A stretch of DNA of 64,000 bases from Synechococcus lacustris (GTDB taxonomy: Bacteria > Cyanobacteriota > Cyanobacteriia > PCC-6307 > Cyanobiaceae). A program made the translations under genes and the position numbers. Shown in pieces: positions 35,910-44,966 of this stretch (its first letter is position 1; the number at the start of each line of letters is the position of its first letter). The stretch is taken from assembly GCA_903943975.1 (NCBI GenBank), contig CAJAQB010000021.1, forward strand, positions 26,697 through 90,696. Reading direction: 5' to 3'. The notes beneath the pieces were generated by a model. The model was given only the letters and a program-made list of their open reading frames with translations, did no database searches and had not been told where the DNA came from.

Positions 35910-38030
35910 ATGGCTCCTCGACACTTTCTCACCCTGCCCCGCCTGCTGCTGGCCGCCTTTTGTTTGGCAGCTGTGGCTCCGTTCCCGGCGCTAGCGGCTG
36001 GCGGTGGGGCGGTGCTCAGTGATCCCGGGGCTGCTGAGGGCCGCCATTTCCACCCCAAGGGCAAACAACCCTCCCCCTTCACGATCAAGCTGTGGGAGCA
36101 GCAGAAAGGCAGTTTGCCCTTCGCCGACCAGCGGGACTTGGAGGAGGCCAAGCGCGGTTTTATCGCCGCCCCTGCCTACCGACAAATCCTGCGGGACGAT
36201 GGCGGCGTGGCCTGGGACATGGGCAGCTACGACTGGCTGCTGCAGGGCAAGGAGTTCCAGAGCATTCATCCCTCCCTCCAGCGCCAGGCCCTACTGAACA
36301 TGGCCTATGGCCTCTATGAGGTGGTGCCGGGCAAGATTTACCAGGTGCGGGGCTTCGACCTGGCCAATATCTCCTTCATCAAGGGCAGTAAGGGCTGGAT
36401 CGTCTTTGATCCCCTCACCAGTAAGGAAACGGCCCGGGCGGCCCTGCGTTTCATCAATGAGAAGTTGGGGGCCCGTCCTGTGACGGCGGTGGTGATCTCC
36501 CATTCCCATGCCGACCATTTCGGCGGCATTCGCGGTGTGGTTGATGAAGCCGATGTTAAAAGCGGCAAGCTGCCAGTGATTGCCCCCTTGGGCTTCATGG
36601 ACCATGCGGTGAGTGAAAATGTATATGCCGGTAATGCGATGAATCGCCGGCTTTTCTATCAATACGGAGTTCTGCTGCCCCGCAGTCCCTTCGGCCATGT
36701 GGACCAGTCGATCGGCAAAAATACTGCCGCTGGCAGCTCAGGCTTGATTGCCCCCAACCGCATCATCAGCAAGCCCATCGAAGAGCTAACGGTGGATGGG
36801 GTGACCATGGTGTTTCAGAACACGCCGGGAACGGAAGCACCGGCGGAAATGAACACCTGGTTTCCTCAGTTCAAGGCCCTGTGGGCGGCAGAAAATATCA
36901 CTGGCACCATCCATAATATCTACACACTGCGGGGCGCTTTGATCCGTGATCCGCTGGAGTGGAGTAAGAAGATCAACGATGCTCTCTATCGCTTCGGCAG
37001 CAAAGCTGATGTGATGTTTGCTTCCCATAGTTGGCCCCGGTTTGGTAATGGCCGCATTCAGGAGGTGATGCGTGCCCAGCGGGATGCCTATGCCCACCTC
37101 AATAACAATGTGCTCTATCATGCCAATAAGGGCGTAACTATTAATGAAATTCATAATGTATATCAGCTGCCCGAAAGTTTGCGGCAGCAGTGGGCGGCCC
37201 ACAGCTACCACGGCTCCGAAGAACACAACAGCCGGGCGGTAATCAACCGCTACTTGGGCTATTGGGATGCCAATCCCGCCAGCTTGATTCCCCTCTCCCC
37301 AGGGGATTCGGCACCGTTGTATGTGGAGCTGATGGGGGGCAGCGGGCCGATCCTGGCTAGGGCTAAGGAGCTAAATGGCCAGGGCCAGTATCGCCTGGCC
37401 ATGGAGATTCTCAACAAGCTGGTGTATGCCCAGCCCGGGAACCAGGAGGCCAAAGATGCGCTGGCCGATAGCTTTGAACAGATTGGTTATCAAAAGGAAA
37501 GCCCCAGTGTTCGCAACAGCTTCCTGGCCGCCGCCCTGGAGTTGCGCTCTGGCATTCCCACCGGGGTCACCCCTAAATCCAGCGGCCCCGATGTGATCCG
37601 TGCCATGGGCACCAACCTCTGGCTTGATTTCCTTGGCATCCGCCTGGATCCCACAAAAGTTGCCGGCCAGCACTTCAAAATCAATCTGATCACTCCAGAT
37701 AACCACGAGCGTTATGTGCTGGAGCTCAACAACGATGCCCTCACTAATATCAAAGGCCAAACGGCGGCAGATGCGGATCTCAGTATCACCCTCAACCGCA
37801 CTGATCTGGAAACGTTGATGATGGGCCAGGCCAGCTTCCAGGATCTGGTGGCCAGCGGCAAGGCCAAGCTGAAAGGTAATGGGGCGCCGGTGGAGCTGTT
37901 GCAGTCGCTGCTCGTGCAGTTCACCCCTGATTTTGAAATCATGCCCGGCACCAAAGCCCCAGCCCTGGCCCTGCCGCCAGCCAGTAAGCCCTTCGCCCAG
38001 CCCCAACCGGCAGACAGCAGTGGCGGCTAA
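35910..38030 (+). CDS. Alkyl/aryl-sulfatase, SdsA1/BDS1 type (metallo-beta-lactamase + dimerisation + SCP2-like domains), exported
   Basis: The signal peptide reads LLLAAFCLAAVAPFPALAAG. It has the MBL motif 'VVISHSHADHFGG', 'TPGTEAPAEMN' and 'SHSWP', plus a C-terminal SCP2-like region (INLITPD...LTLNRTDL). Confidence 0.88.
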   Translation: MAPRHFLTLPRLLLAAFCLAAVAPFPALAAGGGAVLSDPGAAEGRHFHPKGKQPSPFTIKLWEQQKGSLPFADQRDLEEAKRGFIAAPAYRQILRDDGGVAWDMGSYDWLLQGKEFQSIHPSLQRQALLNMAYGLYEVVPGKIYQVRGFDLANISFIKGSKGWIVFDPLTSKETARAALRFINEKLGARPVTAVVISHSHADHFGGIRGVVDEADVKSGKLPVIAPLGFMDHAVSENVYAGNAMNRRLFYQYGVLLPRSPFGHVDQSIGKNTAAGSSGLIAPNRIISKPIEELTVDGVTMVFQNTPGTEAPAEMNTWFPQFKALWAAENITGTIHNIYTLRGALIRDPLEWSKKINDALYRFGSKADVMFASHSWPRFGNGRIQEVMRAQRDAYAHLNNNVLYHANKGVTINEIHNVYQLPESLRQQWAAHSYHGSEEHNSRAVINRYLGYWDANPASLIPLSPGDSAPLYVELMGGSGPILARAKELNGQGQYRLAMEILNKLVYAQPGNQEAKDALADSFEQIGYQKESPSVRNSFLAAALELRSGIPTGVTPKSSGPDVIRAMGTNLWLDFLGIRLDPTKVAGQHFKINLITPDNHERYVLELNNDALTNIKGQTAADADLSITLNRTDLETLMMGQASFQDLVASGKAKLKGNGAPVELLQSLLVQFTPDFEIMPGTKAPALALPPASKPFAQPQPADSSGG

Positions 38031-38062
38031 GCATCCCCGCTGGCAGCTCATATTGAATTATT

Positions 38063-38104
38063 CTCTAGATCCCAATCTCTAGATCCCAATCTCAAGATCT
38101 CAAC
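38063..38104. repeat. 14-bp tandem repeat (ctctagatcccaat x2 exact + 1 degenerate) carrying phased GATC sites
   Basis: Copies lie at 38063-38076, 38077-38090 (identical) and 38091-38104 (10/14). GATC occurs at 38068, 38082, 38096 and 38115. The repeat is A/T-rich and ends 20 nt before the OMP ATG. Confidence 0.8.
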
Positions 38105-38123
38105 CTCAAATTTTGATCTCAAA

Positions 38124-39008
38124 ATGCCAATATTGCCCTTTGTTTTTCCGGTGATGCGTTTGTTGGGCGCCACTGTTGTGCTGAGTCTTGTGGGGTTGCT
38201 GCCCCAGCAAGCCAAGGCAGAGCCCCTAGTGGATAGCCCCCAAACCTTTAGCCAACCTGGGCCGGAAGCTTCCCCCTGGGCTGGAACACTGGAGTTCTAT
38301 GGCCTAATCCCCTGGGCTGATACCACCACAACGGTGCGGGGCTTTGAAAGCAGCACGGCCTTAAATCCTTCTTTGATTTTTGGTCAACTGCTGCAGTCGG
38401 CCATTGCCGTGCGGGCCAGCGGTGAATACCAGCGCATCGGTTTACTCACGGATGTGAGTTACACCCAGCTGGGGGCTGAACCCTCCCGCAGTACGGCCCG
38501 GGGCCTGCTTAGCGGTAAGAGCACGGTGACCTCGATCAATGGCATCTACGACCTGGCCCTGCGTTATCGCTTGGGGGATCGGGAGGCTGCCGTAGGGCAG
38601 CCCGGCCAGTTCACGCTGGTGCCCTATGCCGGCGTGCGGCTGGTGGAGGCCCAGTTGGTGGTGGCTGCTGAGCTGAACGGCCAAGGGCCCGGCGGCCGCC
38701 AATATGCCCAGCAAGGCAGCCTCTCGCACACTTGGGCCCAACCGTTGGTGGGGCTGCAGGGCAGTGTGTTCCTCTCACCAAAGCTGCGGGCCTTTGCCCG
38801 CGGCGACATCGCTGGCTTTGGCCTGGCCGGAGCCCAAGATCTCAGCGGCAATGCCCAACTGGGGCTGGGCTATGCCGTGGGTAACAGCACCACCCTGAAT
38901 GTTTCGATGCGCTATTTCGGCCAGGCCTGGAACAATGGCGCCAGCCCAGATAACGGCTATACCAGCCACCAATACGGGCCGGAAGTGTCTTTAAAACTCT
39001 TCTTTTAG
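38124..39008 (+). CDS. Outer-membrane beta-barrel protein (putative porin/channel)
   Basis: The signal peptide reads MRLLGATVVLSLVGLLPQQAKA|EP. It has alternating-hydrophobicity strands and a C-terminal '...VSLKLFF' aromatic terminus typical of BAM substrates. Confidence 0.55.
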   Translation: MPILPFVFPVMRLLGATVVLSLVGLLPQQAKAEPLVDSPQTFSQPGPEASPWAGTLEFYGLIPWADTTTTVRGFESSTALNPSLIFGQLLQSAIAVRASGEYQRIGLLTDVSYTQLGAEPSRSTARGLLSGKSTVTSINGIYDLALRYRLGDREAAVGQPGQFTLVPYAGVRLVEAQLVVAAELNGQGPGGRQYAQQGSLSHTWAQPLVGLQGSVFLSPKLRAFARGDIAGFGLAGAQDLSGNAQLGLGYAVGNSTTLNVSMRYFGQAWNNGASPDNGYTSHQYGPEVSLKLFF

Positions 39009-39038
39009 CGCTGTTTTAGTGGCGCTGCTCTAATGCTG

Positions 39039-39118
39039 GCCTCGGCTGTTAATCAAGCCTCGGCTGTTAATCAAGCCTTTGCTGTTAATCAAGCCTTGGC
39101 TGTTAATCAAGCCTCGGC
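39039..39118. repeat. 18-bp tandem repeat, 4 full copies + 8-nt partial (gcctcggctgttaatcaa)
   Basis: Copies: 39039-56 and 39057-74 are identical, 39075-92 has 2 mismatches, 39093-39110 has 1 mismatch, and a partial copy lies at 39111-18. Copy 4 contains the lipA stop (TGA, 39109-39107) and the partial copy encodes its last residues. Confidence 0.92.
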
Positions 39119-40012
39119 GTGATAACTACTGCGCACCAACGGCCCGCTGCGCACCTGGGCAAAGCCCAGCTCCCGGGCGATGGCCGCCAGCTGCTCAAAT
39201 TCCGCTGGCGGCCAATAGCGGGCCACGGGTATATGGGCCAGGGAGGGGCGTAGGTACTGGCCCAGGGTGAGTCGCTGGCAGTCCACGGCCCGCAGGGCCT
39301 GCAGCGCCGCCAGCACCTCCTCAAAGCTTTCCCCCAGCCCCAGCATTAGGCCTGATTTGGTTGGGATCTCTGGGGCTAGGGCCCGGGCGCTTGCCAAGAG
39401 TCCCAGCGAGCGTTCCCAGCTGGCGCCGCGCCTCACTTCCCCCTGCAGGCGCTCAACGGTTTCGAGGTTGTGGTTGAAGCACACCGGTTGGGCCTTTAGC
39501 ACCGTCTGCAGCCGTTGCCGTTGGGCGGCCAACCCCTCCGCTGGATCGCGGTGGCCCCCCCAGAAGTCGGGGGTGAGCACTTCGATGGCCACCAGGGGTT
39601 GCAGCTGGCGGATGGCGGCCATGGTGCTGCTAAACAGGCTGGCGCCGTGGTCGGGCTGGTCGTCGCGGGCTACGGAGGTGAGCACCACATAGCGAAGCCC
39701 GAGCCGGTGCACAGCCGCTGCCACCCGTTGGGGTTCGCCGGGATCCAGGGGGAGCGGTGCCTGGCCCTTGCTCACCTGGCAGAAGCCGCAGCTGCGGGTG
39801 CAGATCGAGCCCCCCAGCAGAAAGCTGGCGGTGCCGGCGGCATGGCATTCGCCCCGGTTAGGACAATGGCCCTCCTCACAGATGGTGTGCAGTTGCTGCT
39901 GTTTCACCACCGCCTGCACCGCCGCCAGCTGGCTGGCCGTGCCGATCGGCCGTTGCAACCACTGGGGTAGGCGCTCGGCGGGGGGGATCTGGCTGTAGCG
40001 GGAGGTTTTCAT
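39107..40012 (-). CDS. lipA: Lipoyl synthase (radical SAM)
   Basis: It has '[12 protein letters not shown]' and '[10 protein letters not shown]' clusters, plus 'FNHNLETV'. Confidence 0.93.
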   Translation of the reverse strand: MKTSRYSQIPPAERLPQWLQRPIGTASQLAAVQAVVKQQQLHTICEEGHCPNRGECHAAGTASFLLGGSICTRSCGFCQVSKGQAPLPLDPGEPQRVAAAVHRLGLRYVVLTSVARDDQPDHGASLFSSTMAAIRQLQPLVAIEVLTPDFWGGHRDPAEGLAAQRQRLQTVLKAQPVCFNHNLETVERLQGEVRRGASWERSLGLLASARALAPEIPTKSGLMLGLGESFEEVLAALQALRAVDCQRLTLGQYLRPSLAHIPVARYWPPAEFEQLAAIARELGFAQVRSGPLVRSSYHAEA

Positions 40013-40620
40013 TCCATCAGGCGCCGACCCTCCAGGGCCCGGGCCAGGGTGACCTCATCGGCATATTCCAATTCGCTGCCCATCGGCAGCCCGTAGGCGA
40101 TGCGGGTCACTGTGCAGAAGGGCCGCAGTAGACGGGCCAGGTAGAGGCTGGTGGTGTCGCCTTCAACGCTAGGGGTGAGGGCAAGGATCACCTCCTGCAC
40201 CTGTTCGGGATCGAGCCGTTGCAGCAACGGCTGAATCATTAAGGCCTCGGGGCCGATGCCATCCATCGGTGAGATCAAGCCGCCAAGTACGTGGTAATTG
40301 CCATGGAATTCCCGGGTGCGCTCCAGGGCCAGCAGGTCGCGGGAATCGGCCACCACACAGATCACGCCGGTATTGCGGGCCGGGGTGCGGCAGATCTCAC
40401 AGGTGGGTTCCGCCGAGAGATGGCCGCAACGCTGGCACTGGCCCACCTGTTGGCGGGCCGCCAGCAGCGCCTGGGCAAAGGCGCGGGTTTGCTCCTCCGG
40501 TTGGCGCAGCAGGTGCAGGGCCAGGCGCTGGGCCGTGCGCGGCCCGATGCCAGGCAGCCGCTCAAATTGCTCGATCAGCCGTGCCAGGGGACGGGTGAAG
40601 GCGCTCAGGGAATCCTCCAC
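40009..40620 (-). CDS. recR: Recombination protein RecR
   Basis: '[24 protein letters not shown]' (HhH), zinc finger '[14 protein letters not shown]' and Toprim '[14 protein letters not shown]'. GTG 40620 gives about 203 aa. 4-nt overlap with lipA. Confidence 0.9.
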   Translation of the reverse strand: MEDSLSAFTRPLARLIEQFERLPGIGPRTAQRLALHLLRQPEEQTRAFAQALLAARQQVGQCQRCGHLSAEPTCEICRTPARNTGVICVVADSRDLLALERTREFHGNYHVLGGLISPMDGIGPEALMIQPLLQRLDPEQVQEVILALTPSVEGDTTSLYLARLLRPFCTVTRIAYGLPMGSELEYADEVTLARALEGRRLME

Positions 40621-40715
40621 CCGGGTTAGGTCCCATTCTCCACCTCCTGGTAGGCGCGGCCAGGGGGATGGACCCAGAATGGCTGCGTTATCCCATTGCC
40701 CCAGCAGCACCTCCC

Positions 40716-41270
40716 ATGCCAATCCGGTTTCTGCCAGCGCTTGGCCGCCTCCTGGCTGGGGTGTTGGTTCTTTTATTGGTGAGCTGTTCCGCCTCTGCCG
40801 CCGGTTTGAACCGTTACGCCAGCGCCGACGGTCGCTATGCCTTCCTCTATCCCACCGGCTGGACCCGGGTGGCGATCAGCAATGGCCCCCAGGTGGTGTT
40901 CCATGACTTGATCAACAGTGATGAAACCCTCAGCCTGGTGATTGCGCCGTTGGATCCGAGCAAAAGCCTGGAGGACCTTGGCAGCGCTGAGGCCGTGGGT
41001 GAAAAGCTCGGGGGCACCGTGATTGCCCCGGCCGGCAGCGGCCGCCAGGCGGAACTGCTGGAGGCCCGCGAGCGCCAGGACCAGGGCCACACCTTCTATG
41101 ACCTGGAATTCAAGGTGCACCTGGCTGACCGTGACCGCCACGAATTCGCCACGGTGGTGGCAGATAAGGGGCAGCTCTACACCCTGGCGGCCAGCACCAA
41201 CGAACTGCGTTGGCATCGGGTGTCGGGTTTGTTTGAAAGCGTGGTTACTTCTTTCACCCTCAATTACTGA
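40716..41270 (+). CDS. psbP: PsbP-like protein (CyanoP), lipoprotein
   Basis: The lipobox reads 'LLLVSC'. '[19 protein letters not shown]', '[17 protein letters not shown]' and 'HTFYDLEF...YTLAAST' fit the PsbP fold pattern. Confidence 0.85.
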   Translation: MPIRFLPALGRLLAGVLVLLLVSCSASAAGLNRYASADGRYAFLYPTGWTRVAISNGPQVVFHDLINSDETLSLVIAPLDPSKSLEDLGSAEAVGEKLGGTVIAPAGSGRQAELLEARERQDQGHTFYDLEFKVHLADRDRHEFATVVADKGQLYTLAASTNELRWHRVSGLFESVVTSFTLNY

Positions 41271-42442
41271 TGGCCAGCCCCAGCCCAGACCTGTTGGTGG
41301 TGGGGGCGGGCCTGGCCGGCGGGCTGCTGGCCCTGGAGGCGGCGGCCCTTGGCGCCCGGGTCACCCTGGTGGGGGGGGAGCCGATGGCCACGGCGATCAG
41401 CTACGGGGGGGTGCCCTGGTGGGCCGGAGCCGATGACCAGCTCGGGCGGCTCCAGGCCACGGCCCCCCACTGCTGGCAGGCCCTGGAGGACCGCCATGGG
41501 CCCCTGGGCCATGGGCCGGCGGAATTGTGGTGCCACTGGCCCCAGGGCCAGGACCCGAGCCAGGCCCTGGCCGGCCTGGAGGCCTTGCCCCATGGGCCTG
41601 AATTCCAATGGTTGGAGCCGCAGCAGTGGCGGCGGGAGGAACCGCTGCTGGCCGAAGCTGCCGTGGGGGGCTTCGTGGCGCTGCCCTATGCCCGGGTAGA
41701 TCCCTTGGCCTTTCAAGCCGGCCTGGCCCGGGCCCTCGACCGGTTGGGGGTGGCCCGCCAGCGCCAGCCCCTGGCCCGCCTAACCAGCGTCAATGGCCGG
41801 GTGCTGGGCGGGGTATGCCTCGATGGCCAGCAATTGCTGGCCGGCCAAACGGTGCTCTGTGCCGGCGCCGCCAGCGGTGCCCTGCTGGCCCCCTTGGGCT
41901 TGCAGCTGCCGTTGCTGGCCTTCAGTTGGGCGGCGGTGTTGGCGCTGGCAGGGCTTTGCCTGGGCGAGCAACGCATCCTGCTGCCCCTCCAGGGCCAGCG
42001 GGCCCAGCGGGAACGGCAGCCGGACCCCTCGGCCCCAGGATCCGCCAGCGGCGCCGATCTGGTCTGCGACCCAGGCCTCGCCCCCTGGGGCCAGGGGCTG
42101 CTGCTGGGCCAAACCTCAGTGTTTTCTGGGGCGCCGGCGGAAGCTGCCGTGCGGGCCCCCCTCGAGGCCGCTGCGGCCCATCTGCTGCCAACGCTTTCGC
42201 CCCAGCAACTAGAGCAGGCCCCCCTGCTCCAGCAACCGGTGGCCTACAGCCGCGATGGTCGCCCTTTGGTGGGGCCCGTGGCCCAGGGGCCTGGGCTGGC
42301 CGTATTCAGTGCCGGGGCCGGTCCCTTTGCCCAGCTGCCGGTGCTGGCGCCCCTGCTGGCCCGGGCCCTGCTGGGGGGCGAGGCGGATCGACGGGAGCTG
42401 GAGGCGTTGGAACTGTCGCCCGATCGTCCCCTGCCGGGCTGA
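41270..42442 (+). CDS. FAD-dependent oxidoreductase (DAO/glycine-oxidase-like)
   Basis: The N-terminal Rossmann motif reads 'DLLVVGAGLAGGLLALEAA..GARVTLV'. The start ATG overlaps the psbP stop (TGATG). Confidence 0.72.
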   Translation: MASPSPDLLVVGAGLAGGLLALEAAALGARVTLVGGEPMATAISYGGVPWWAGADDQLGRLQATAPHCWQALEDRHGPLGHGPAELWCHWPQGQDPSQALAGLEALPHGPEFQWLEPQQWRREEPLLAEAAVGGFVALPYARVDPLAFQAGLARALDRLGVARQRQPLARLTSVNGRVLGGVCLDGQQLLAGQTVLCAGAASGALLAPLGLQLPLLAFSWAAVLALAGLCLGEQRILLPLQGQRAQRERQPDPSAPGSASGADLVCDPGLAPWGQGLLLGQTSVFSGAPAEAAVRAPLEAAAAHLLPTLSPQQLEQAPLLQQPVAYSRDGRPLVGPVAQGPGLAVFSAGAGPFAQLPVLAPLLARALLGGEADRRELEALELSPDRPLPG

Positions 42443-42461
42443 AAATCCGCGGGAAGGCGGC

Positions 42462-43763
42462 ATGCTGAAGGCTATGGGTGCCTCCCTTCCGCTTCGTCAT
42501 CGCTTGCAGCGCCTGGAGCCCCGCCAGCAGGTGGGCCTGGCCCTTGGGTTGGTGAGCTTCAGCTTTCTTGGTTGGGGGCTGTTTTGGCGGGTGCCCACCG
42601 AGGTGACTGGCCGGGGCGTGTTGTTGGTGCCCAATGATGCTGGCCTCTTGAATGCCCGGGCCGAGGGCCAGGTCAAACGGGTGCTGGTGACCCCAGGGGA
42701 CCGGGTGCAAAAGGGGCAGTTATTGCTGGAGTTATATCTGCCGGTGCTGGAGAAACAGTTGGAGCGCCAGCGCCAGAATCTTGTGGAATTGCAGCTCCAC
42801 AACCGCCGCCTAGATGCCCGCGATCAATTAAGACTTTCCACCGAAAAACTATCGGTGGAAACCGCTTTGCTCAAGCTCGGTAGTGATCGTCAACGCTATG
42901 GCGATCTAAAGCAGGTTTATGCTAAGAAACTTACAAACTTGGAATGGTTGGCCAAGCGTGAGGTGGTGGCACCCCTGGCCCAGGAGGTGGTGCAGGTGGA
43001 GAAGGGTTTTGTTGATACTGATGTAAACCTAGATGAGGTACATATCCGCGAAAAGGATGTGCTCACTGCTTACCAGAAGGTGAAACTTCAGATTGAAACG
43101 GAAGCCCTGGAACGCCGCATGCAGATTGATGATCTGCGCCGCTCCGTGGAGGTCACAGAAGCAAAGCTGGCCTATGATGCCAAGGTGCTAGCCGACCGCG
43201 ACGGCCAGGTGCTGGACCTGCAGGTGATCCCTGGTCAAACCGTGAAATTGGGTAATCGCCTCGGCACGATTGGTCGCAGCCTTAGTTCCATCCCGCTGCG
43301 GGCGGTGGCCTATTTCAAGCCCGCCGATGCCCGGCGTTTGCCGAAGAACCTCAAGGTGGAGGTGGTCCCCGATTGGAAGGAACGCAGCCGCTTTGGTGGC
43401 ATCGTTGCCGAGGTGGGGGCCGTTAATGTGCTGCCGGCCACGGAAGAAGACATCAGCACCACCACGGGCAATCCACAATTTGCCAAAGATTTGGTCAAGG
43501 AAGGGCCGGTGATGCGCACGGAGTTGCAGTTGCTCCATGACCCCAGCAGCCCCGATGGCTTCCGCTGGACCCTCTCTAGTGGCAGCAGGGTTTTCCCGAT
43601 CCGTGATGGCCTCACCATGACCACCCACGCCTATGTGGAATGGCGCACGCCGCTTTCCTATGTGCTGCCCGGCCTGCGTTCGATCACCGGTGGCTATCGC
43701 AGTGGCAAGGTGGACCGTAGTTTTGGTCCCAACCTGCTGCAGGGGGGGGCATCCAGTTGGTGA
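42462..43763 (+). CDS. HlyD-family periplasmic adaptor (membrane fusion protein), long coiled-coil type
   Basis: ATG 42462 gives 433 aa. It has one N-terminal TM (VGLALGLVSFSFLGWGLFW), a lipoyl-like segment 'VTGRGVLLVPN...GQVKRVLVTPGDRVQKGQLLLEL', a long heptad region, and a second half-barrel 'GQVLDLQVIPGQTVKLGNRLGTI'. Confidence 0.8.
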   Translation: MLKAMGASLPLRHRLQRLEPRQQVGLALGLVSFSFLGWGLFWRVPTEVTGRGVLLVPNDAGLLNARAEGQVKRVLVTPGDRVQKGQLLLELYLPVLEKQLERQRQNLVELQLHNRRLDARDQLRLSTEKLSVETALLKLGSDRQRYGDLKQVYAKKLTNLEWLAKREVVAPLAQEVVQVEKGFVDTDVNLDEVHIREKDVLTAYQKVKLQIETEALERRMQIDDLRRSVEVTEAKLAYDAKVLADRDGQVLDLQVIPGQTVKLGNRLGTIGRSLSSIPLRAVAYFKPADARRLPKNLKVEVVPDWKERSRFGGIVAEVGAVNVLPATEEDISTTTGNPQFAKDLVKEGPVMRTELQLLHDPSSPDGFRWTLSSGSRVFPIRDGLTMTTHAYVEWRTPLSYVLPGLRSITGGYRSGKVDRSFGPNLLQGGASSW

Positions 43764-43954
43764 ACCCTTCCCCCAAACAAAGCGGTCAAAAATTGCTGCG
43801 TCAGGAGCTGCCCTGGTTGGTGGCAGAGGTGGTGCTGTTGTTGGTGTTGCTGAATGCCAATGCACCGGAACTTTGGTTCTGGTTGGTGGTGTTGCTGGTG
43901 GTGCTTGCCTACAGGATTGAGCGGTTTCTCGCCAATGGTGATCCCCATTCCTGA
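43757..43954 (+). CDS. Small 2-TM membrane protein, translationally coupled to the adaptor gene
   Basis: 65 aa. The TTG/GTG start overlaps the adaptor stop (TTGGTGA). Two hydrophobic helices (LPWLVAEVVLLLVLL, LWFWLVVLLVVLAY). Confidence 0.5.
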   Translation: MVNPSPKQSGQKLLRQELPWLVAEVVLLLVLLNANAPELWFWLVVLLVVLAYRIERFLANGDPHS

Positions 43955-43961
43955 ACTGGGA

Positions 43962-44966
43962 TTAAACAATTTTAAGCTTCTGGATCCCCTGGTCTAGGGC
44001 TGTGGTGTGGGCGTTGATCTGACGGCTGCGCTGCACCAGAACAGCAGATAGGCTTAGGGCGTTGTGATCCTGCTGTTGCAGATATTTTTCAAGCCATTGG
44101 ATCTGTTGTTGCAGTCTTTCCAGACTCTGCTCTTGAATTTGAATGGCCTGGGCTCGCTCGCTTGAGTCCTTTGGCCCCCAGCTTGTTAACAACCTTTTGC
44201 CGCAACTGCTGCGCAGTTGGAAGCAATCTATGGCCAGCTCTTTGGAGTATTGCTGTGCGGGTTCTAGAAGGGGTTGTAAATCCCGGAGGAAACCCAGCAG
44301 CGCCTCCCCATGGAAGAGGATTTCCCCCCAGCATTGTTGTCGTTGCTGACCGCTGGCGGAGGGGGACAATTCTTCCCTGGCAAAACGCAACAAATCCAAT
44401 AAATCATCCCGCTGCTCTCTGCTGGCTTGAAGGCTGAGGGGGTTGATTTCTGGGGCCAAGAGCAGGTTGGCTAAGTTTTCATTCCACTGGCGCAGCTGCT
44501 GTTCCAATTGATTGCTGGCCCGCACGGGGATGAGTTGTCTTGCCGCCACCACCCCGATCAACACCCCGAATAGGGTTTCCGCAGTGCGAAACAGCACGTA
44601 GCTCAACCACTCACTGGTGTGGTGGGCCACTGAGGCCGCCACCACGTGGCCTCCCACGATGAAGCCACTGTTGAGCCCCAGGCTTAACCCCAACACCCTC
44701 GCCAGGGTCATGGCCAGCACAGCTGCGGGCAGGCCATGCCACTGCCCCAAGCCCAGAATCAGCAGGCAGGCCACGCTGCCGCAAAGGGTGCCCACTAACC
44801 TTTCGCGCCCAGCTATTTCCCCTTTCCCTAGGGAGTCGTCCAGGGTCATGAAGGCCGCCAGCACCAGGAACAGGCCTTCGGGCAGCTGCAACAGGCTGCA
44901 AACCCCGGCGCTGAGGCCCACCACACAACTGTTGCGCAGGGTGAGGCCGAGGTTCAGGGGCGTCAT
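43962..44966 (-). CDS. Half-size FUSC/ArAE-like membrane protein D (TM bundle + Q/L-rich helical tail)
   Basis: ATG 44966 forms an ATGA overlap with the upstream gene. It has the motifs 'GRERLVGTLCGS' and 'LFRTAETLFGVLIGV' shared with three paralogs in this cluster. Confidence 0.7.
   Translation of the reverse strand: MTPLNLGLTLRNSCVVGLSAGVCSLLQLPEGLFLVLAAFMTLDDSLGKGEIAGRERLVGTLCGSVACLLILGLGQWHGLPAAVLAMTLARVLGLSLGLNSGFIVGGHVVAASVAHHTSEWLSYVLFRTAETLFGVLIGVVAARQLIPVRASNQLEQQLRQWNENLANLLLAPEINPLSLQASREQRDDLLDLLRFAREELSPSASGQQRQQCWGEILFHGEALLGFLRDLQPLLEPAQQYSKELAIDCFQLRSSCGKRLLTSWGPKDSSERAQAIQIQEQSLERLQQQIQWLEKYLQQQDHNALSLSAVLVQRSRQINAHTTALDQGIQKLKIV

Noticed and set aside
39039-39118. The tandem 18-bp repeat considered as a CRISPR array
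   Set aside because: The repeats are directly abutting with no spacers, the unit is too short, and no cas genes are present.
42462-43763. The HlyD adaptor considered as part of an NHLM/lanthipeptide (prochlorosin-type) bacteriocin export system
   Set aside because: No C39-peptidase ABC transporter, LanM-like enzyme or leader-peptide precursor genes lie nearby. The only ABC exporter (53302-55143) is 10 kb away and lacks a peptidase domain.
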